The notes under the pieces are model-generated. The model did no database searches, had not been told where the DNA came from, and was given only the letters and a program-made list of their open reading frames with translations. The translations under genes and the position numbers were made by a program. A DNA stretch of 64,000 bases from Thermomicrobia bacterium (GTDB taxonomy: Bacteria > Chloroflexota > Chloroflexia > Thermomicrobiales > Thermomicrobiaceae): positions 17,232 to 81,231 of the forward strand of contig JBDZVX010000002.1 in the NCBI GenBank assembly GCA_040255925.1. The letters are read 5' to 3'. Positions 11,195 to 21,420 of this stretch are shown piece after piece. Position 1 is the stretch's first letter; the number at the start of each line of letters is the position of its first letter.

Positions 11195-12748
11195 ATGACT
11201 AGCGGACAGGATGTCAAGCGCGCGAGACTTGAGCGGATTCGCGCCGAGGGCGCTGAGCAGGAGCGTGAGGCAGCCAAGAAACAGCACGCCCGCGGCAAGC
11301 TGACCGCCCGCGAGCGGATCGACTGCCTGCTCGACCCCGGCTCGTTCGTCGAGCTGGATGCCCTAGTACAGCACCGCTCCCACTATTTCGGCATGGACAA
11401 ACGCCGCCCCTATGGCGATGGAGTTATTACCGGCTACGGCACGCTCGACGGCCGGACGGTCGCGGTCTTCTCCCAGGACTTCACGATCTTCGGTGGAAGC
11501 CTCGGTGAGGCGTTCGCGGAAAAGATGATCAAGATCATGGACCTGGCGATGAAGATCGGCTGCCCGATCATCGGGATCAACGACTCCGCCGGGGCCCGGA
11601 TTCAGGAGGGAGTTGAAGGGCTTGCCGGCTACGGTGAGGTCTTCTACCGCAACGTCCAAGCGTCGGGCGTCATCCCCCAGATTTCGATCATCGCCGGGCC
11701 GTGCGCCGGTGGGGCCGTCTACTCCCCGGCAATGACCGATTTCATCTGCATGGTCAGAGGTCTGAGCCAGATGTTCATCACCGGGCCGGATGTGATTAAA
11801 ACGGTCACCGGTGAGGAAGTGACCCACGAACAGCTTGGCGGGGCGGTGACGCACGTCGGCGTGAGCGGCGTGGCCCACTTCGCCCTGGATGACGAGGCCC
11901 AGCTCTTCGAACACGTCCGGGCGCTGATGAGCTTCCTCCCATCGAACAACCTGGAGGAGGCGCCCTATATCCCACCGGAGGACGATCCGGAGCGGGCCGA
12001 TCCCGAGCTCGATTCGCTGGTGCCGGAGGTCAGCAGCAAGCCCTACGACATGCACGAGGTCATCAGCCGGATCGTCGATGACGGCGTGTTCCTCGAAGTG
12101 CAGCCGGACTGGGCGCGGAATATCCTCATCGGGCTTTCCCGGCTCGACGGGCACGTGGTCGGGATCGTCGCCAACCAGCCACGGGTGCTGGCCGGAACGC
12201 TCGACATCGACGCGTCGAGCAAGGCGGCGCGGTTCGTCCGCTTCTGCGACGCGTTCAACATCCCGCTGGTGACCTTCGTCGATGTTCCGGGATTCCTGCC
12301 CGGTACGACCCAGGAGTATGGCGGGATCATCCGGCACGGCTCCAAGCTGCTCTATGCCTATTGTGAGGCTACCGTGCCGAAGGTGACGGTCATCACGCGC
12401 AAGGCCTATGGCGGCGCATATGTGGTCATGTGCTCCCAGTCACTGCGGTCGGATTTCAACGTCGCCTGGCCGACGGCGGAGGTGGCGGTGATGGGCTCGG
12501 ATGCGGCAGTCAACCTCATCTTCCGCCGTCAGATTACCCAGGCAGATGACCCCGAGCAGCGACGGAAGGAACTGGCCACGCGGTACGCCGAGGAGTTCGC
12601 CAATCCGTACCAGGTCGCCTCGCGCGGTTACGTCGATGCCGTGATTGCACCGAGCCAGACACGGCCCTGGCTGATCAAGACGCTCCGGGCAGCCAGGAAG
12701 AAACGGGTCGCCGTCCCGTCTCGCAAGCACGGGAACATTCCACTATGA
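11195..12748 (+). CDS. pccB: Acyl-CoA (propionyl-CoA) carboxylase carboxyltransferase beta subunit
   Basis: [40 protein letters not shown] and the C-terminal KHGNIPL. Confidence 0.9.
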   Translation: MTSGQDVKRARLERIRAEGAEQEREAAKKQHARGKLTARERIDCLLDPGSFVELDALVQHRSHYFGMDKRRPYGDGVITGYGTLDGRTVAVFSQDFTIFGGSLGEAFAEKMIKIMDLAMKIGCPIIGINDSAGARIQEGVEGLAGYGEVFYRNVQASGVIPQISIIAGPCAGGAVYSPAMTDFICMVRGLSQMFITGPDVIKTVTGEEVTHEQLGGAVTHVGVSGVAHFALDDEAQLFEHVRALMSFLPSNNLEEAPYIPPEDDPERADPELDSLVPEVSSKPYDMHEVISRIVDDGVFLEVQPDWARNILIGLSRLDGHVVGIVANQPRVLAGTLDIDASSKAARFVRFCDAFNIPLVTFVDVPGFLPGTTQEYGGIIRHGSKLLYAYCEATVPKVTVITRKAYGGAYVVMCSQSLRSDFNVAWPTAEVAVMGSDAAVNLIFRRQITQADDPEQRRKELATRYAEEFANPYQVASRGYVDAVIAPSQTRPWLIKTLRAARKKRVAVPSRKHGNIPL

Positions 12749-12987
12749 TCGGGGACGACGCCGAAGCGGGTGATCGCGTGCCGGAAATGACGGTCACGCC
12801 GGCACCAACTCCGGCGGAACTCGCGGCGATCGTGATGGCATTCCGCATCCGGAATGCCTCCGCCGCTCCGGCACCGGCAGCCGCGGCCGACGCCTGGATG
12901 GTAGCCGCGCGGCGGGAGGGATTACGCGGGCAACCATCCGGTTGGGGATTGGATGGCTGGGAACTGGCAGCACGCGTCCGGTGGTAA
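12745..12987 (+). CDS. Acyl-CoA carboxylase epsilon-like small subunit
   Basis: [10 protein letters not shown]...Ala-rich linker...W..AARRE motif. ATGA overlap with the pccB stop. Confidence 0.7.
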   Translation: MIGDDAEAGDRVPEMTVTPAPTPAELAAIVMAFRIRNASAAPAPAAAADAWMVAARREGLRGQPSGWGLDGWELAARVRW

Positions 12988-12993
12988 CCGGAC

Positions 12994-14772
12994 GTGGGTC
13001 CTGGAGGGGGCGTGGGCGAGCGGGTGCAGGTATTTCAAAAGATTCTTGTCGCGAACCGGGGCGAGATCGCGCTGCGGGTCATGCGCGCGTGCCGCGAACT
13101 CGGCATCGCGGCGATCGCCGTGTATGGCGCCGGGGAACTTGATGCTCCTCACGTCCGGTATGCCGATGAGGCCTACCGTATCCCATCGGATCAGCCGATC
13201 CCCTACCTGGACATCGCGGCGCTGATTGAAGTCGCCCGGCGCGCGAACGCGGATGCTATCCATCCCGGCTATGGCTTTCTCGCCGAGAATGCCGCCTTCG
13301 CGACCGCCTGTGCCGAGGCGGGCATTGTGTTCATTGGACCACCGGCCCCGGCAATGCGTGTGATGGGCGACAAGGTCCGGGCACGTCATGCCGCGATCGA
13401 GGCTGGCGTGCCGGTCGTTCCGGGCAGTGACGGGCCAGTCGATATCGACGGCGCGCGTACCTTTGGTGAGGCCAACGGATACCCGATCGCGCTGAAAGCG
13501 GCGGCCGGCGGCGGTGGACGGGGCTTCCGGGTCGCCTGGCAGGCGAGCGAGGTCGAAGGAGCCTATCGCGGCGCGGCCGGTGAAGGCTCCCGCTACTTCG
13601 GCGACGCGACGGTCTACGCGGAACGATATCTCGATCATCCCCGCCACATCGAAATCCAGGTCTTCGCCGACACCCACGGCAACGTCGTCTCGCTCGGCGA
13701 GCGGGATTGTTCGATCCAGCGGCGGCACCAGAAGCTCATCGAAGAGAGCCCATCACCGGCAATCGACCAAGTGCTTCGCCAGGAGATGGGCCGGACGGCG
13801 GTCGCCCTGGCACGGAGCGTGGACTACCTCGGTGCCGGGACCGTCGAATATCTCTTCCAAGATGGAGCGTTCTATTTCCTGGAGATGAACACCCGGATTC
13901 AGGTGGAGCATCCGGTGACCGAGATGGTGACCGGGATCGACCTGGTCAAGGAGCAGATCCAGGTCGCGGCTGGGGAACCCCTCTCCTTCGATGGCGAGAT
14001 CGAGCCGCGCGGACACGCCATCGAATGCCGGATCAACGCCGAAGACCCGTTCCGGGGCTTCGCGCCGTCGCCGGGAACGGTCACCACCTTCCGTCCACCA
14101 AGCGGCTTCGGCATCCGCGTCGATAGCGGCGCCGGGGATGGGCACAAGGTGCTGCCCGAGTACGATTCACTGCTGGCCAAGCTGATCGTCTGGGGCCGCG
14201 ACCGGGACGAAGCGATCGCCCGCCTGCGCCGGGTGCTGACCGAGTTCTCGATTACCGGATTAGCGACGACGATCCCCTTCCACCGCGCGGTAGCCGGGCA
14301 CCCGGTCTTCCAGCGTGGGACCTTCGATACCCGGTTTCTCGAACGCCACCCGGATATTCTCCAGGCGGCGCCAACTTCAGACCTGGGCGCCGGAACGCAG
14401 ATGAACGGCCACCAGCGGACCGCGGAAGAGTATGTGGTCGAAGTTGCCGGCAAGCGATTCGACGTCCGGCTCTACGCCCCAGCTAGCAAAACACCGAGCC
14501 GGGCGCCCGTGATTGGGCGCGCCCGGAGCGGACCGGTCACCCAGACCCAGCACGGCGAGGTGACGAGCCCGATTCAGGGGACCGTGCTCTCGGTCGCGGT
14601 CGTGGCCGGCGAGACGGTCGATGCCGGCACGCTCATCTGCGTGATCGAAGCTATGAAGATGGAGAACGAGATCACCGCGCCACACGTCGGGGTGGTGAAG
14701 GCGATCGAGGTCACGCCGGGACAGGCCGTCCGGATCGGCGCGCGGCTCGCGGTGATTGATCCTCCGGCGTAA
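12994..14772 (+). CDS. Biotin carboxylase / biotin carboxyl carrier fusion (acyl-CoA carboxylase alpha subunit)
   Basis: ANRGEIA, HPGYGFLAEN, ERDCSIQRRHQK, EMNTRIQVEH and the biotinylation site EAMKMEN. Confidence 0.93.
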   Translation: MGPGGGVGERVQVFQKILVANRGEIALRVMRACRELGIAAIAVYGAGELDAPHVRYADEAYRIPSDQPIPYLDIAALIEVARRANADAIHPGYGFLAENAAFATACAEAGIVFIGPPAPAMRVMGDKVRARHAAIEAGVPVVPGSDGPVDIDGARTFGEANGYPIALKAAAGGGGRGFRVAWQASEVEGAYRGAAGEGSRYFGDATVYAERYLDHPRHIEIQVFADTHGNVVSLGERDCSIQRRHQKLIEESPSPAIDQVLRQEMGRTAVALARSVDYLGAGTVEYLFQDGAFYFLEMNTRIQVEHPVTEMVTGIDLVKEQIQVAAGEPLSFDGEIEPRGHAIECRINAEDPFRGFAPSPGTVTTFRPPSGFGIRVDSGAGDGHKVLPEYDSLLAKLIVWGRDRDEAIARLRRVLTEFSITGLATTIPFHRAVAGHPVFQRGTFDTRFLERHPDILQAAPTSDLGAGTQMNGHQRTAEEYVVEVAGKRFDVRLYAPASKTPSRAPVIGRARSGPVTQTQHGEVTSPIQGTVLSVAVVAGETVDAGTLICVIEAMKMENEITAPHVGVVKAIEVTPGQAVRIGARLAVIDPPA

Positions 14773-14879
14773 GGCACGGCACGCGGCCCTCACCCCACAG
14801 CGGCCCATGAATCATCCACGTAGCCGGTCATAGATGACCGGACAGCGTGTCCGGACGCCCGCTCGTGGCACGAAGATGG

Positions 14880-14907
14880 TTGCGCCGGGGGTGTACGTAT
14901 GTATAAT
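14880..14907 (+). promoter_or_regulatory. Putative sigma70-type promoter of the dcw cluster
   Basis: TTGCGC (14880-14885), 16-nt spacer, TATAAT (14902-14907), upstream of mraZ. Confidence 0.55.
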
Positions 14908-14957
14908 GTGGATAAGGGTGGGGCCAAGTGGGGATAAATGGGGACATCTGTGGATAA
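14907..14957. promoter_or_regulatory. MraZ-type direct repeats interleaved with DnaA boxes
   Basis: (G/A)TGG at 14908, 14918, 14928 and 14938 (10-nt period). TGTGGATAA, the reverse complement of TTATCCACA, at 14907-14915 and 14949-14957. One-mismatch TGGGGATAA at 14929-14937. Confidence 0.7.
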
Positions 14958-15220
14958 CTCGCCTTCCCCATCGCCATTCGAACGCCGTCCGGTGAGCGCT
15001 CAAGCTACATCGTCTACTCGTGCCGGCAGCGTGCTCGACTTCCCCCCGGCGGGATTGTCCCATCGCACGGATTTGGCAGACCCTGGGTATTGATACTGAT
15101 CACTCTAACCGGATAGCGGGCGCGCTCCGGAAGCAACCGGGCACACGTCAGCCGGGTTGCGTACCGGTGGTCTCGTGATGATCACATCAGGTCAGCCACG
15201 GGACCCCGAGATGGGAAACG

Positions 15221-15649
15221 ATGTTCCTCGGACGGTTTAGCCACACCATCGACACGAAAGGTCGGCTGGCGATCCCGGTCCGATTTCGGAACACGCTCGG
15301 GAACGACGCGGTGATTACCCGTGGCATCGACCGGTGCCTGTCCCTCTATCCAATGGATACCTGGCAGCCATTCGCGGAAAAGGTTTCCGCCCTCTCGGTT
15401 AGCGATCCGGATGCTCGCACGTTTCGCCGGATGGTCTTTGCTGAAGCCGCCCACGTCGAGTTCGACCGGCAGGGGCGGATTCTCATCCCCCCGGAACTGC
15501 GAACCTATGCCGGGTTCGACCGTGATGTCATCGTGGTCGGCATGAACACCTACGTCGAAATCTGGAGTCCCGAGCAATGGGATTCGCAGGCGACCATGAT
15601 GGAGCGGGAAGGGTCGAGTATCGCCCAGCGGCTGGCCACCCTGATTTAG
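15221..15649 (+). CDS. mraZ: Division/cell wall cluster transcriptional repressor MraZ
   Basis: MFLG..HTIDTKGRLAIP and DRQGRILIP motifs. First gene of the dcw cluster. Confidence 0.95.
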   Translation: MFLGRFSHTIDTKGRLAIPVRFRNTLGNDAVITRGIDRCLSLYPMDTWQPFAEKVSALSVSDPDARTFRRMVFAEAAHVEFDRQGRILIPPELRTYAGFDRDVIVVGMNTYVEIWSPEQWDSQATMMEREGSSIAQRLATLI

Positions 15650-15672
15650 TGGATTACGAACGCGGAACGGCG

Positions 15673-16656
15673 ATGTCAACGGATAGGATAGCTCACCCCA
15701 ATCCGGGTGACTTTGAGTCACATTCACTCCACCGACCGGTCCTGCTTCAGGAGACGATGGAACTCCTCCAGGTCCGGCCGGGGGGCCGGTATATCGACGC
15801 AACCTTCGGCGGAGGTGGGCATACACGGGCTATCCTGGCAGCAAGCGAACCGGATGGCGCGGTACTAGCCCTGGACGCCGATCGGGAGGCGGTTTCCCGC
15901 GCCCGTGAGCTGGCCGAGCGCCATCCCGGTCGTGTGACCGTCCGTCACGCCAACTTCGCCGAGATCGCTCAGGTGGCACGGGAAACCGGCTTCCAGCCGG
16001 TTAACGGCGTGCTCATGGACCTGGGCCTCTCGTCGTTCCAGCTCGCCAGTCCGGAGCGTGGCTTCTCCTTCCGCTCCAGCGGCCCGCTCGACATGCGTTT
16101 CAACCAAATCGCCGCCGGGCCAACTGCGGCCGACATCGTAAATACCTACTCCGAGCGAGACCTGGCCCAGATCCTGTTCAGCTACGGCGAGGAATCGAAA
16201 GCCCGGCGCATCGCCCGCGCGATTGTCGCGGCGCGGGACGCCGGCCGGATCGAGACCGCCGCGCAGCTCGCGTCGCTCGTCGAGCGAGCGGTAGGCGGCC
16301 GTCGCGGCCAACCGATTCACCCGGCAACCCGGACGTTTCAAGCGCTCCGGATCGCGGTGAACCGGGAACTCGATGTCCTCAGGGAAGCCCTTCAGGGCGT
16401 GCTTGGTCTGCTGGCAGCGGGCGGGAGGATCGTCGTGATCTCCTTCCACTCGCTCGAAGATCGTATCGTGAAGACTTTTTTCCGGAGCGAGGCGCGGGGC
16501 TGTATCTGCCCACCGGAGACCCCGGTCTGTATCTGCGGCCACCAACCGGCGCTGCGAATCCTGACACCGAAACCGATCCGGCCATCGGAAGAAGAACAGG
16601 CGCTCAACCCAAGGAGTCGGAGCGCGCTTCTCCGGGCCGCGGAGCGCTTGCCATGA
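15673..16656 (+). CDS. rsmH: 16S rRNA (C1402-N4) methyltransferase RsmH
   Basis: HRPVL, DATFGGGGHT, DLGLSSFQL, FQALRIAVN, SFHSLEDR, NPRSRSA.LR. Confidence 0.95.
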   Translation: MSTDRIAHPNPGDFESHSLHRPVLLQETMELLQVRPGGRYIDATFGGGGHTRAILAASEPDGAVLALDADREAVSRARELAERHPGRVTVRHANFAEIAQVARETGFQPVNGVLMDLGLSSFQLASPERGFSFRSSGPLDMRFNQIAAGPTAADIVNTYSERDLAQILFSYGEESKARRIARAIVAARDAGRIETAAQLASLVERAVGGRRGQPIHPATRTFQALRIAVNRELDVLREALQGVLGLLAAGGRIVVISFHSLEDRIVKTFFRSEARGCICPPETPVCICGHQPALRILTPKPIRPSEEEQALNPRSRSALLRAAERLP

Positions 16657-17180
16657 CGACGGCGACACGACCTCCCGAAGTCCAGAAGCGGCGGGTCCGC
16701 GCATCGACGCCGCCGCGTCGCGTCCCGGAACGCCGGCCCACACAGCGCGGGTACCTGACACTCAATGGGGCGGCGCTGGTCGCCCTGGCGGCGATCGTCC
16801 TGACCCTGTTGGGATTTCTCTACCTCGTGCAGACCACGCGCGTGGCCGGGCTCGGGTATGAATTGAGCCGGCTCCAACGCGATCACGATACCGTGGAAAT
16901 CGAAACGGCCCGCCTGGGCTATGAGATCGCCCACTACGAATCGCTGGATACAGTCAAGCAGGTAGCGATCGAGCAGCTTGGCATGTCATCCGGTGGCCAG
17001 CATCGCTTCCTTGATGTCCAGCGCCCGGCACAGGAACAGCTTCCACCGCCGCCACGCGAAACCGCCCCACCGGAATCAGTCTGGCACCGGATCGAACGCG
17101 CGGCGCTCGGAACCGGACGCGCCTCGTCACTGGATCAGGTCGCCTCCACTTCAGCGCCGGCCGCTGGATCGGCCCGATGA
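16653..17180 (+). CDS. ftsL: FtsL-like cell division protein
   Basis: Single TM helix plus coiled coil ending A.EQLGM, located between rsmH and the PBP. Confidence 0.7.
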   Translation: MTTATRPPEVQKRRVRASTPPRRVPERRPTQRGYLTLNGAALVALAAIVLTLLGFLYLVQTTRVAGLGYELSRLQRDHDTVEIETARLGYEIAHYESLDTVKQVAIEQLGMSSGGQHRFLDVQRPAQEQLPPPPRETAPPESVWHRIERAALGTGRASSLDQVASTSAPAAGSAR

Positions 17181-18910
17181 CGCGAGGCAAGAAACGGTAC
17201 GAAATCCCGCGAAGGCGGGTCACGATCCTCCTCATTGGCTTCCTCATCTTCTCGCTTGCCATCACCTACCGGGTCGTCTCGTTCCAGGTCGTCCGGAGCG
17301 AGGAGCTGTCGGAACGGGCCATCGCCTTCCGGTACCGGGAGGATGCCGTACCAGCGCGGCGCGGTGAAATCCTCGATAACCGCGGCCGACCGCTGGCGAC
17401 GAATGTCCCAGCTGACCGCGTTTCGGCAATCCTGAAAGACATCGAGGATCCAAACCAGGCGGCCACGCTGCTGGCCCCGCTCATCGGGCGGAGCGCGGCG
17501 GATATCGAGGCGGCGATCACCCAACCGGACAAGGAGTTCGTCGTGCTCCAGCATAAGCTCTCGCCCGAGGCGTCCCAAAAGGTGACCGAGCTGGACCTGA
17601 AGGGGATCGTCCTCGATCCGGAGCCCCGCCGCATCTACCCGATGGGTGACTTTGCCTCGCAGGTACTCGGCTTTGTCAACGATGATTATGTCGGCTCGTA
17701 CGGGATCGAAGGCTATTATGACAAGGTCGTCGGCGGTACGCCGGGCAAGCTGGTCGGCGAGCGAGACGGCCTCGGCAACGTGATCGCGATTGCCAAGAGC
17801 TCCTGGGAGCCGCCGAAGGATGGCGCCGATCTCGAGTTGACGATCAACAGCGCCGCCCAGCGGATCGTGGAACAGGCGTTGGACAAGGCGATTCGCGAGC
17901 AAGATGCATCCGGCGGCACCGCCATCGTCGAGGACGTCAAAACCGGAGAGATCATCGCCATGGCGAGCCAGCCGTCGTTCGACCCCAACGCCTTTGCAAA
18001 AGTCGATGACATCGAGCGGTTCAACAATCCCGCGGTCTCTCTGATGTATGAGCCGGGCTCTACCTTCAAGACGTTTACGATGGCGCTCGGACTGGACACC
18101 GGGGTGGTGACGCCGAATACCGTGCATGACGGCGGCGCGTACAAGGAGCTAGCCGACGGAAAAAAGGTCTACAATGCCGAGCAGGTAGACTTCGGTCCGG
18201 AGACGATGACCGAGGTGCTGGAACACTCCAGTAACCTCGGCGCAATGCACGTCGCCGAACTGGTTGGCCAGGACCGCTTTTATCAAGGGCTTGAGGATTT
18301 CGGTATCGGAACGCCGACCGGGATCGAACTCGCCGCCGAAGCCGGTGGTATCCTGCCACTTCCAGGAGACGCGAACTGGGCGCTGGCCAACTTTTATACT
18401 AGTGCGTTCGGGCAGGGATTGGCCGTCACACCGATCCAGCTTGTTAACGCCGAGGCGGCGATTGCCAACGGTGGAAAGCTGATGAAGGCACATATCGTCA
18501 AGGAGATTCGCGACGGCCAGAATGTCGAGGAGACCTCGCCGGAGGTTGTCCGGCAGGTGATTTCGCCGGAAACCGCGAGGACGCTAACTGATATGCTGGT
18601 CCAGGTTATGGATACCACGTATTCAGACAAGTTCTCGGTCCCTGGCTATAAGATCGCGGCCAAGACGGGGACCGCGCAGATTCCCTCGTCTGACGGCGGT
18701 TATGAGGAGGACGCGACGATCGGTTCGGTCCTGGGCTATGGCCCGGCACAAGAACCACGATTCGCGGTACTGGTTAAGATCGACCGTCCGAAAAAATCAG
18801 AGTGGGGAGAGGAATCGGCAGGCCCGGCCTTCGCCAAGATTTTCCAGGAAATGCTCCTCCTCTACGGCATTCCACCCACCGAGCCGGTGGATACACCCAG
18901 CAATCCGTAG
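17177..18910 (+). CDS. ftsI: Division-specific class B PBP (FtsI)
   Basis: RRGEILDNRG, RIYP.G, YEPGSTFK, SSN and KTGTAQ motifs. Position in the dcw cluster. Confidence 0.9.
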   Translation: MTRGKKRYEIPRRRVTILLIGFLIFSLAITYRVVSFQVVRSEELSERAIAFRYREDAVPARRGEILDNRGRPLATNVPADRVSAILKDIEDPNQAATLLAPLIGRSAADIEAAITQPDKEFVVLQHKLSPEASQKVTELDLKGIVLDPEPRRIYPMGDFASQVLGFVNDDYVGSYGIEGYYDKVVGGTPGKLVGERDGLGNVIAIAKSSWEPPKDGADLELTINSAAQRIVEQALDKAIREQDASGGTAIVEDVKTGEIIAMASQPSFDPNAFAKVDDIERFNNPAVSLMYEPGSTFKTFTMALGLDTGVVTPNTVHDGGAYKELADGKKVYNAEQVDFGPETMTEVLEHSSNLGAMHVAELVGQDRFYQGLEDFGIGTPTGIELAAEAGGILPLPGDANWALANFYTSAFGQGLAVTPIQLVNAEAAIANGGKLMKAHIVKEIRDGQNVEETSPEVVRQVISPETARTLTDMLVQVMDTTYSDKFSVPGYKIAAKTGTAQIPSSDGGYEEDATIGSVLGYGPAQEPRFAVLVKIDRPKKSEWGEESAGPAFAKIFQEMLLLYGIPPTEPVDTPSNP

Positions 18911-18977
18911 CACGGTTCTGGAAAGATCTACCGGGCGGGTAGCGAGTCAGCGAGCGAAAAGATACGGCAGGGCAACG

Positions 18978-20369
18978 ATGATTACACTAAGGGATGTGCT
19001 GGAGGGTACCGGGGGCTCGCTCCTGAGCGATGCCGATCTTGATCTCCTGTTGCGTCACGTTCGGCACGATTCCCGGCAGGTTGAGCGGGGGGACCTCTTC
19101 ATCGCAGTGGTCGGCGAGCGACGGGATGGCCATGCCTTCCTTGACCAGGCGATCGAACGAGGAGCGGGCGCGGCAATCGTTGACCGGGCGCACGCGGCCG
19201 CATTGGCTGGCTTACCATTCCCGCTGGTAGCGGTCGAGAACACCGTGACGGCACTCCAGCGCCTGGCAGCCTACTGGCGCGCGACGTTCGACATCCAGGT
19301 TATCGGCATTACCGGCAGTGTCGGAAAGACGAGCACGAAAGAGGTGATCGCGGGCGTGCTGTCGCAGCGGTTCAACACCGTCCGGAGTCCGGGAAGCTTC
19401 AACAACGAGATCGGCTTACCCCTGAGCCTCCTCGAAATAAACCCGGATACCGATGCCGTGGTATTGGAGATCGGTGGCGCCTACGCGCCAGGGGAGATCA
19501 AGGCGCTCGCCGGAATCGGCCGCCCGACGATCGGCGTCGTGACCAATGTCGGCCACGCACACCAGGAGCGAATGGGTTCCATCGAGGCGATCGCCGCGAC
19601 CAAGACGGAACTCCCCGCCTCACTCCCCGAGAACGGTGTCGCCATTCTGAACGGCGATGACGGGCGGGTGCGGGCAATGGCAGACCACTGCCGCTGCCGG
19701 GTCGTCTACTACGGCCTGGCATCCGATTGCCAAGTCCGCGCGACCGACGTCGAGAGTCATGGCTTGGAAGGGATCTCTTTCATCCTCAGGTTCGACGGCG
19801 AACAGCACCGCATCCGTGTCCCACTCCTGGGCCGGCACAGCGCGCACACCGTGCTGGCCGCACTGGCCGTAGGGGCGGAACTGGGTATGAGTATCGACGA
19901 GATGCTCCCCGGATTTAAGAATTCGGCCATCCAGCTTCGGCTCCTCACGGTTCCTGGAATCGGGGGATCGATCATCATCGATGACACCTACAATGCCAGC
20001 CCGGCCTCATGCCTCGCCGCGCTCAACCTCCTCAACGACCTGGACGCCAGCCGGCCGATCGCGGTCTTTGGCGACATTTTGGAGCTTGGTTCGTTTGAAG
20101 ACGAGGGACACCGGATCATCGGACGGCGCGCCGCCGCGGTGGTGCAACTCCTGTTCACGATCGGCCCGCGAGCGACAATCATCGCCGAGCAGGCGGTCGC
20201 CAGCGGTCTCCCGCCATCGAACGTGTTTGTCGCAGCTGACAAGCCGGAATTGATCGAAAAACTCCGCGCGAGCCTCCGTCCAGGAGATATCGTTCTGGTC
20301 AAGGGCTCACGCGGCATGCGGATGGAAGACATTGTCGAACACCTTCGAGACCAGGCCCTGCCGGCATGA
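18978..20369 (+). CDS. murF: UDP-MurNAc-tripeptide--D-Ala-D-Ala ligase MurF
   Basis: DSR, GITGSVGKTSTKE, SFNNEIGLP, DDTYNASP, GDILELG, LVKGSRGM.ME. Confidence 0.93.
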   Translation: MITLRDVLEGTGGSLLSDADLDLLLRHVRHDSRQVERGDLFIAVVGERRDGHAFLDQAIERGAGAAIVDRAHAAALAGLPFPLVAVENTVTALQRLAAYWRATFDIQVIGITGSVGKTSTKEVIAGVLSQRFNTVRSPGSFNNEIGLPLSLLEINPDTDAVVLEIGGAYAPGEIKALAGIGRPTIGVVTNVGHAHQERMGSIEAIAATKTELPASLPENGVAILNGDDGRVRAMADHCRCRVVYYGLASDCQVRATDVESHGLEGISFILRFDGEQHRIRVPLLGRHSAHTVLAALAVGAELGMSIDEMLPGFKNSAIQLRLLTVPGIGGSIIIDDTYNASPASCLAALNLLNDLDASRPIAVFGDILELGSFEDEGHRIIGRRAAAVVQLLFTIGPRATIIAEQAVASGLPPSNVFVAADKPELIEKLRASLRPGDIVLVKGSRGMRMEDIVEHLRDQALPA

Positions 20370-21406
20370 TCCCATTCCTTGAGTTCGTGTTGCCGGTTGG
20401 GGATGGACTCCGGACGCATAGCATCCTCCCCAGGGACCCCGGTTTGAACCTGGCCACGTCACTCGCGCTCTCCGCGATCGCCTTCGGGCTGACCGTAGCG
20501 ATTGGCCGTCCCTATATTCAATTCCTCCGGGATCGGAAGATCGGCAAACAGATCCGGATCGAGGGTCCCGAGGGGCATCTCCAAAAGACCGGGACCCCGA
20601 CCATGGGCGGGATCATGTTCACCGCGTCGGTCGTCCTACTGACGGTGATGTTCAATCTGGTCGGACGGCTGTCGATGCTGCTCCCGCTCGGAATCCTCAT
20701 TGGCACGGCAACGCTCGGGGCGATCGACGACAAGATGAATCTGGTTGGCGGCACCAAGCGGGGCATGACCGCGCGCTTCAAGATGGCCTGGCTCCTGGTT
20801 TTCGCGTTGATCAGTGCGCTGGTCCTGTACTTTCCACTTGGACTGCACAGCATCTACGTCCCCTTACTCGGGAAGTTCGATATCGGCTGGATCTATATCC
20901 CGATCGTGGTATTTGCCATCGCCGGCTCGGCAAACGCGGTGAATTTGACCGACGGCCTTGATTCACTGGCGGCGGGCACGGCGGCAGTCGCCTTCGTCGC
21001 CTACGGTATCATCGCCTTCTTACAGGGCCAGGTACAGGTCGTCACCTTTTGCTTCACCATGGCCGGAGCGGTGCTGGGCTTCCTCTGGTACAACGCCTAC
21101 CCGGCACAGGTGTTCATGGGGGATACCGGCTCGCTGGCAATCGGCGCCGCATTGGCAACCGCCGCATTCATGACCGGCCAATGGCTGCTACTGCCGGTCG
21201 TCGGACTGGTCTTCATGGCCGAGACGTTTTCCGTTATGATCCAGGTGATCTACTTTAAGCTTACCGGCGGCAAGCGCTTCTTCCGCATGACACCACTGCA
21301 CCATCACTTTGAACTGATGGGCTGGTCGGAGACTCAGATCATGATGCGCTTTTGGCTGGTTGGGATGATGGCCGGGCTCCTGGGTGTGGCGCTGGCATTG
21401 ATCTAG
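20366..21406 (+). CDS. mraY: Phospho-MurNAc-pentapeptide transferase MraY
   Basis: KTGTPTMGG, NAVNLTDGLD, YPAQVFMGDTGS, PLHHHFEL.GWSE. Confidence 0.95.
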   Translation: MIPFLEFVLPVGDGLRTHSILPRDPGLNLATSLALSAIAFGLTVAIGRPYIQFLRDRKIGKQIRIEGPEGHLQKTGTPTMGGIMFTASVVLLTVMFNLVGRLSMLLPLGILIGTATLGAIDDKMNLVGGTKRGMTARFKMAWLLVFALISALVLYFPLGLHSIYVPLLGKFDIGWIYIPIVVFAIAGSANAVNLTDGLDSLAAGTAAVAFVAYGIIAFLQGQVQVVTFCFTMAGAVLGFLWYNAYPAQVFMGDTGSLAIGAALATAAFMTGQWLLLPVVGLVFMAETFSVMIQVIYFKLTGGKRFFRMTPLHHHFELMGWSETQIMMRFWLVGMMAGLLGVALALI

Positions 21407-21420
21407 TCTTGGAGACGGGG

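Noticed and set aside
14907..14957. DnaA boxes as a replication origin
   Set aside because: Only 2-3 boxes, no AT-rich unwinding element and no dnaA/dnaN nearby. Their position over a promoter fits regulation better.
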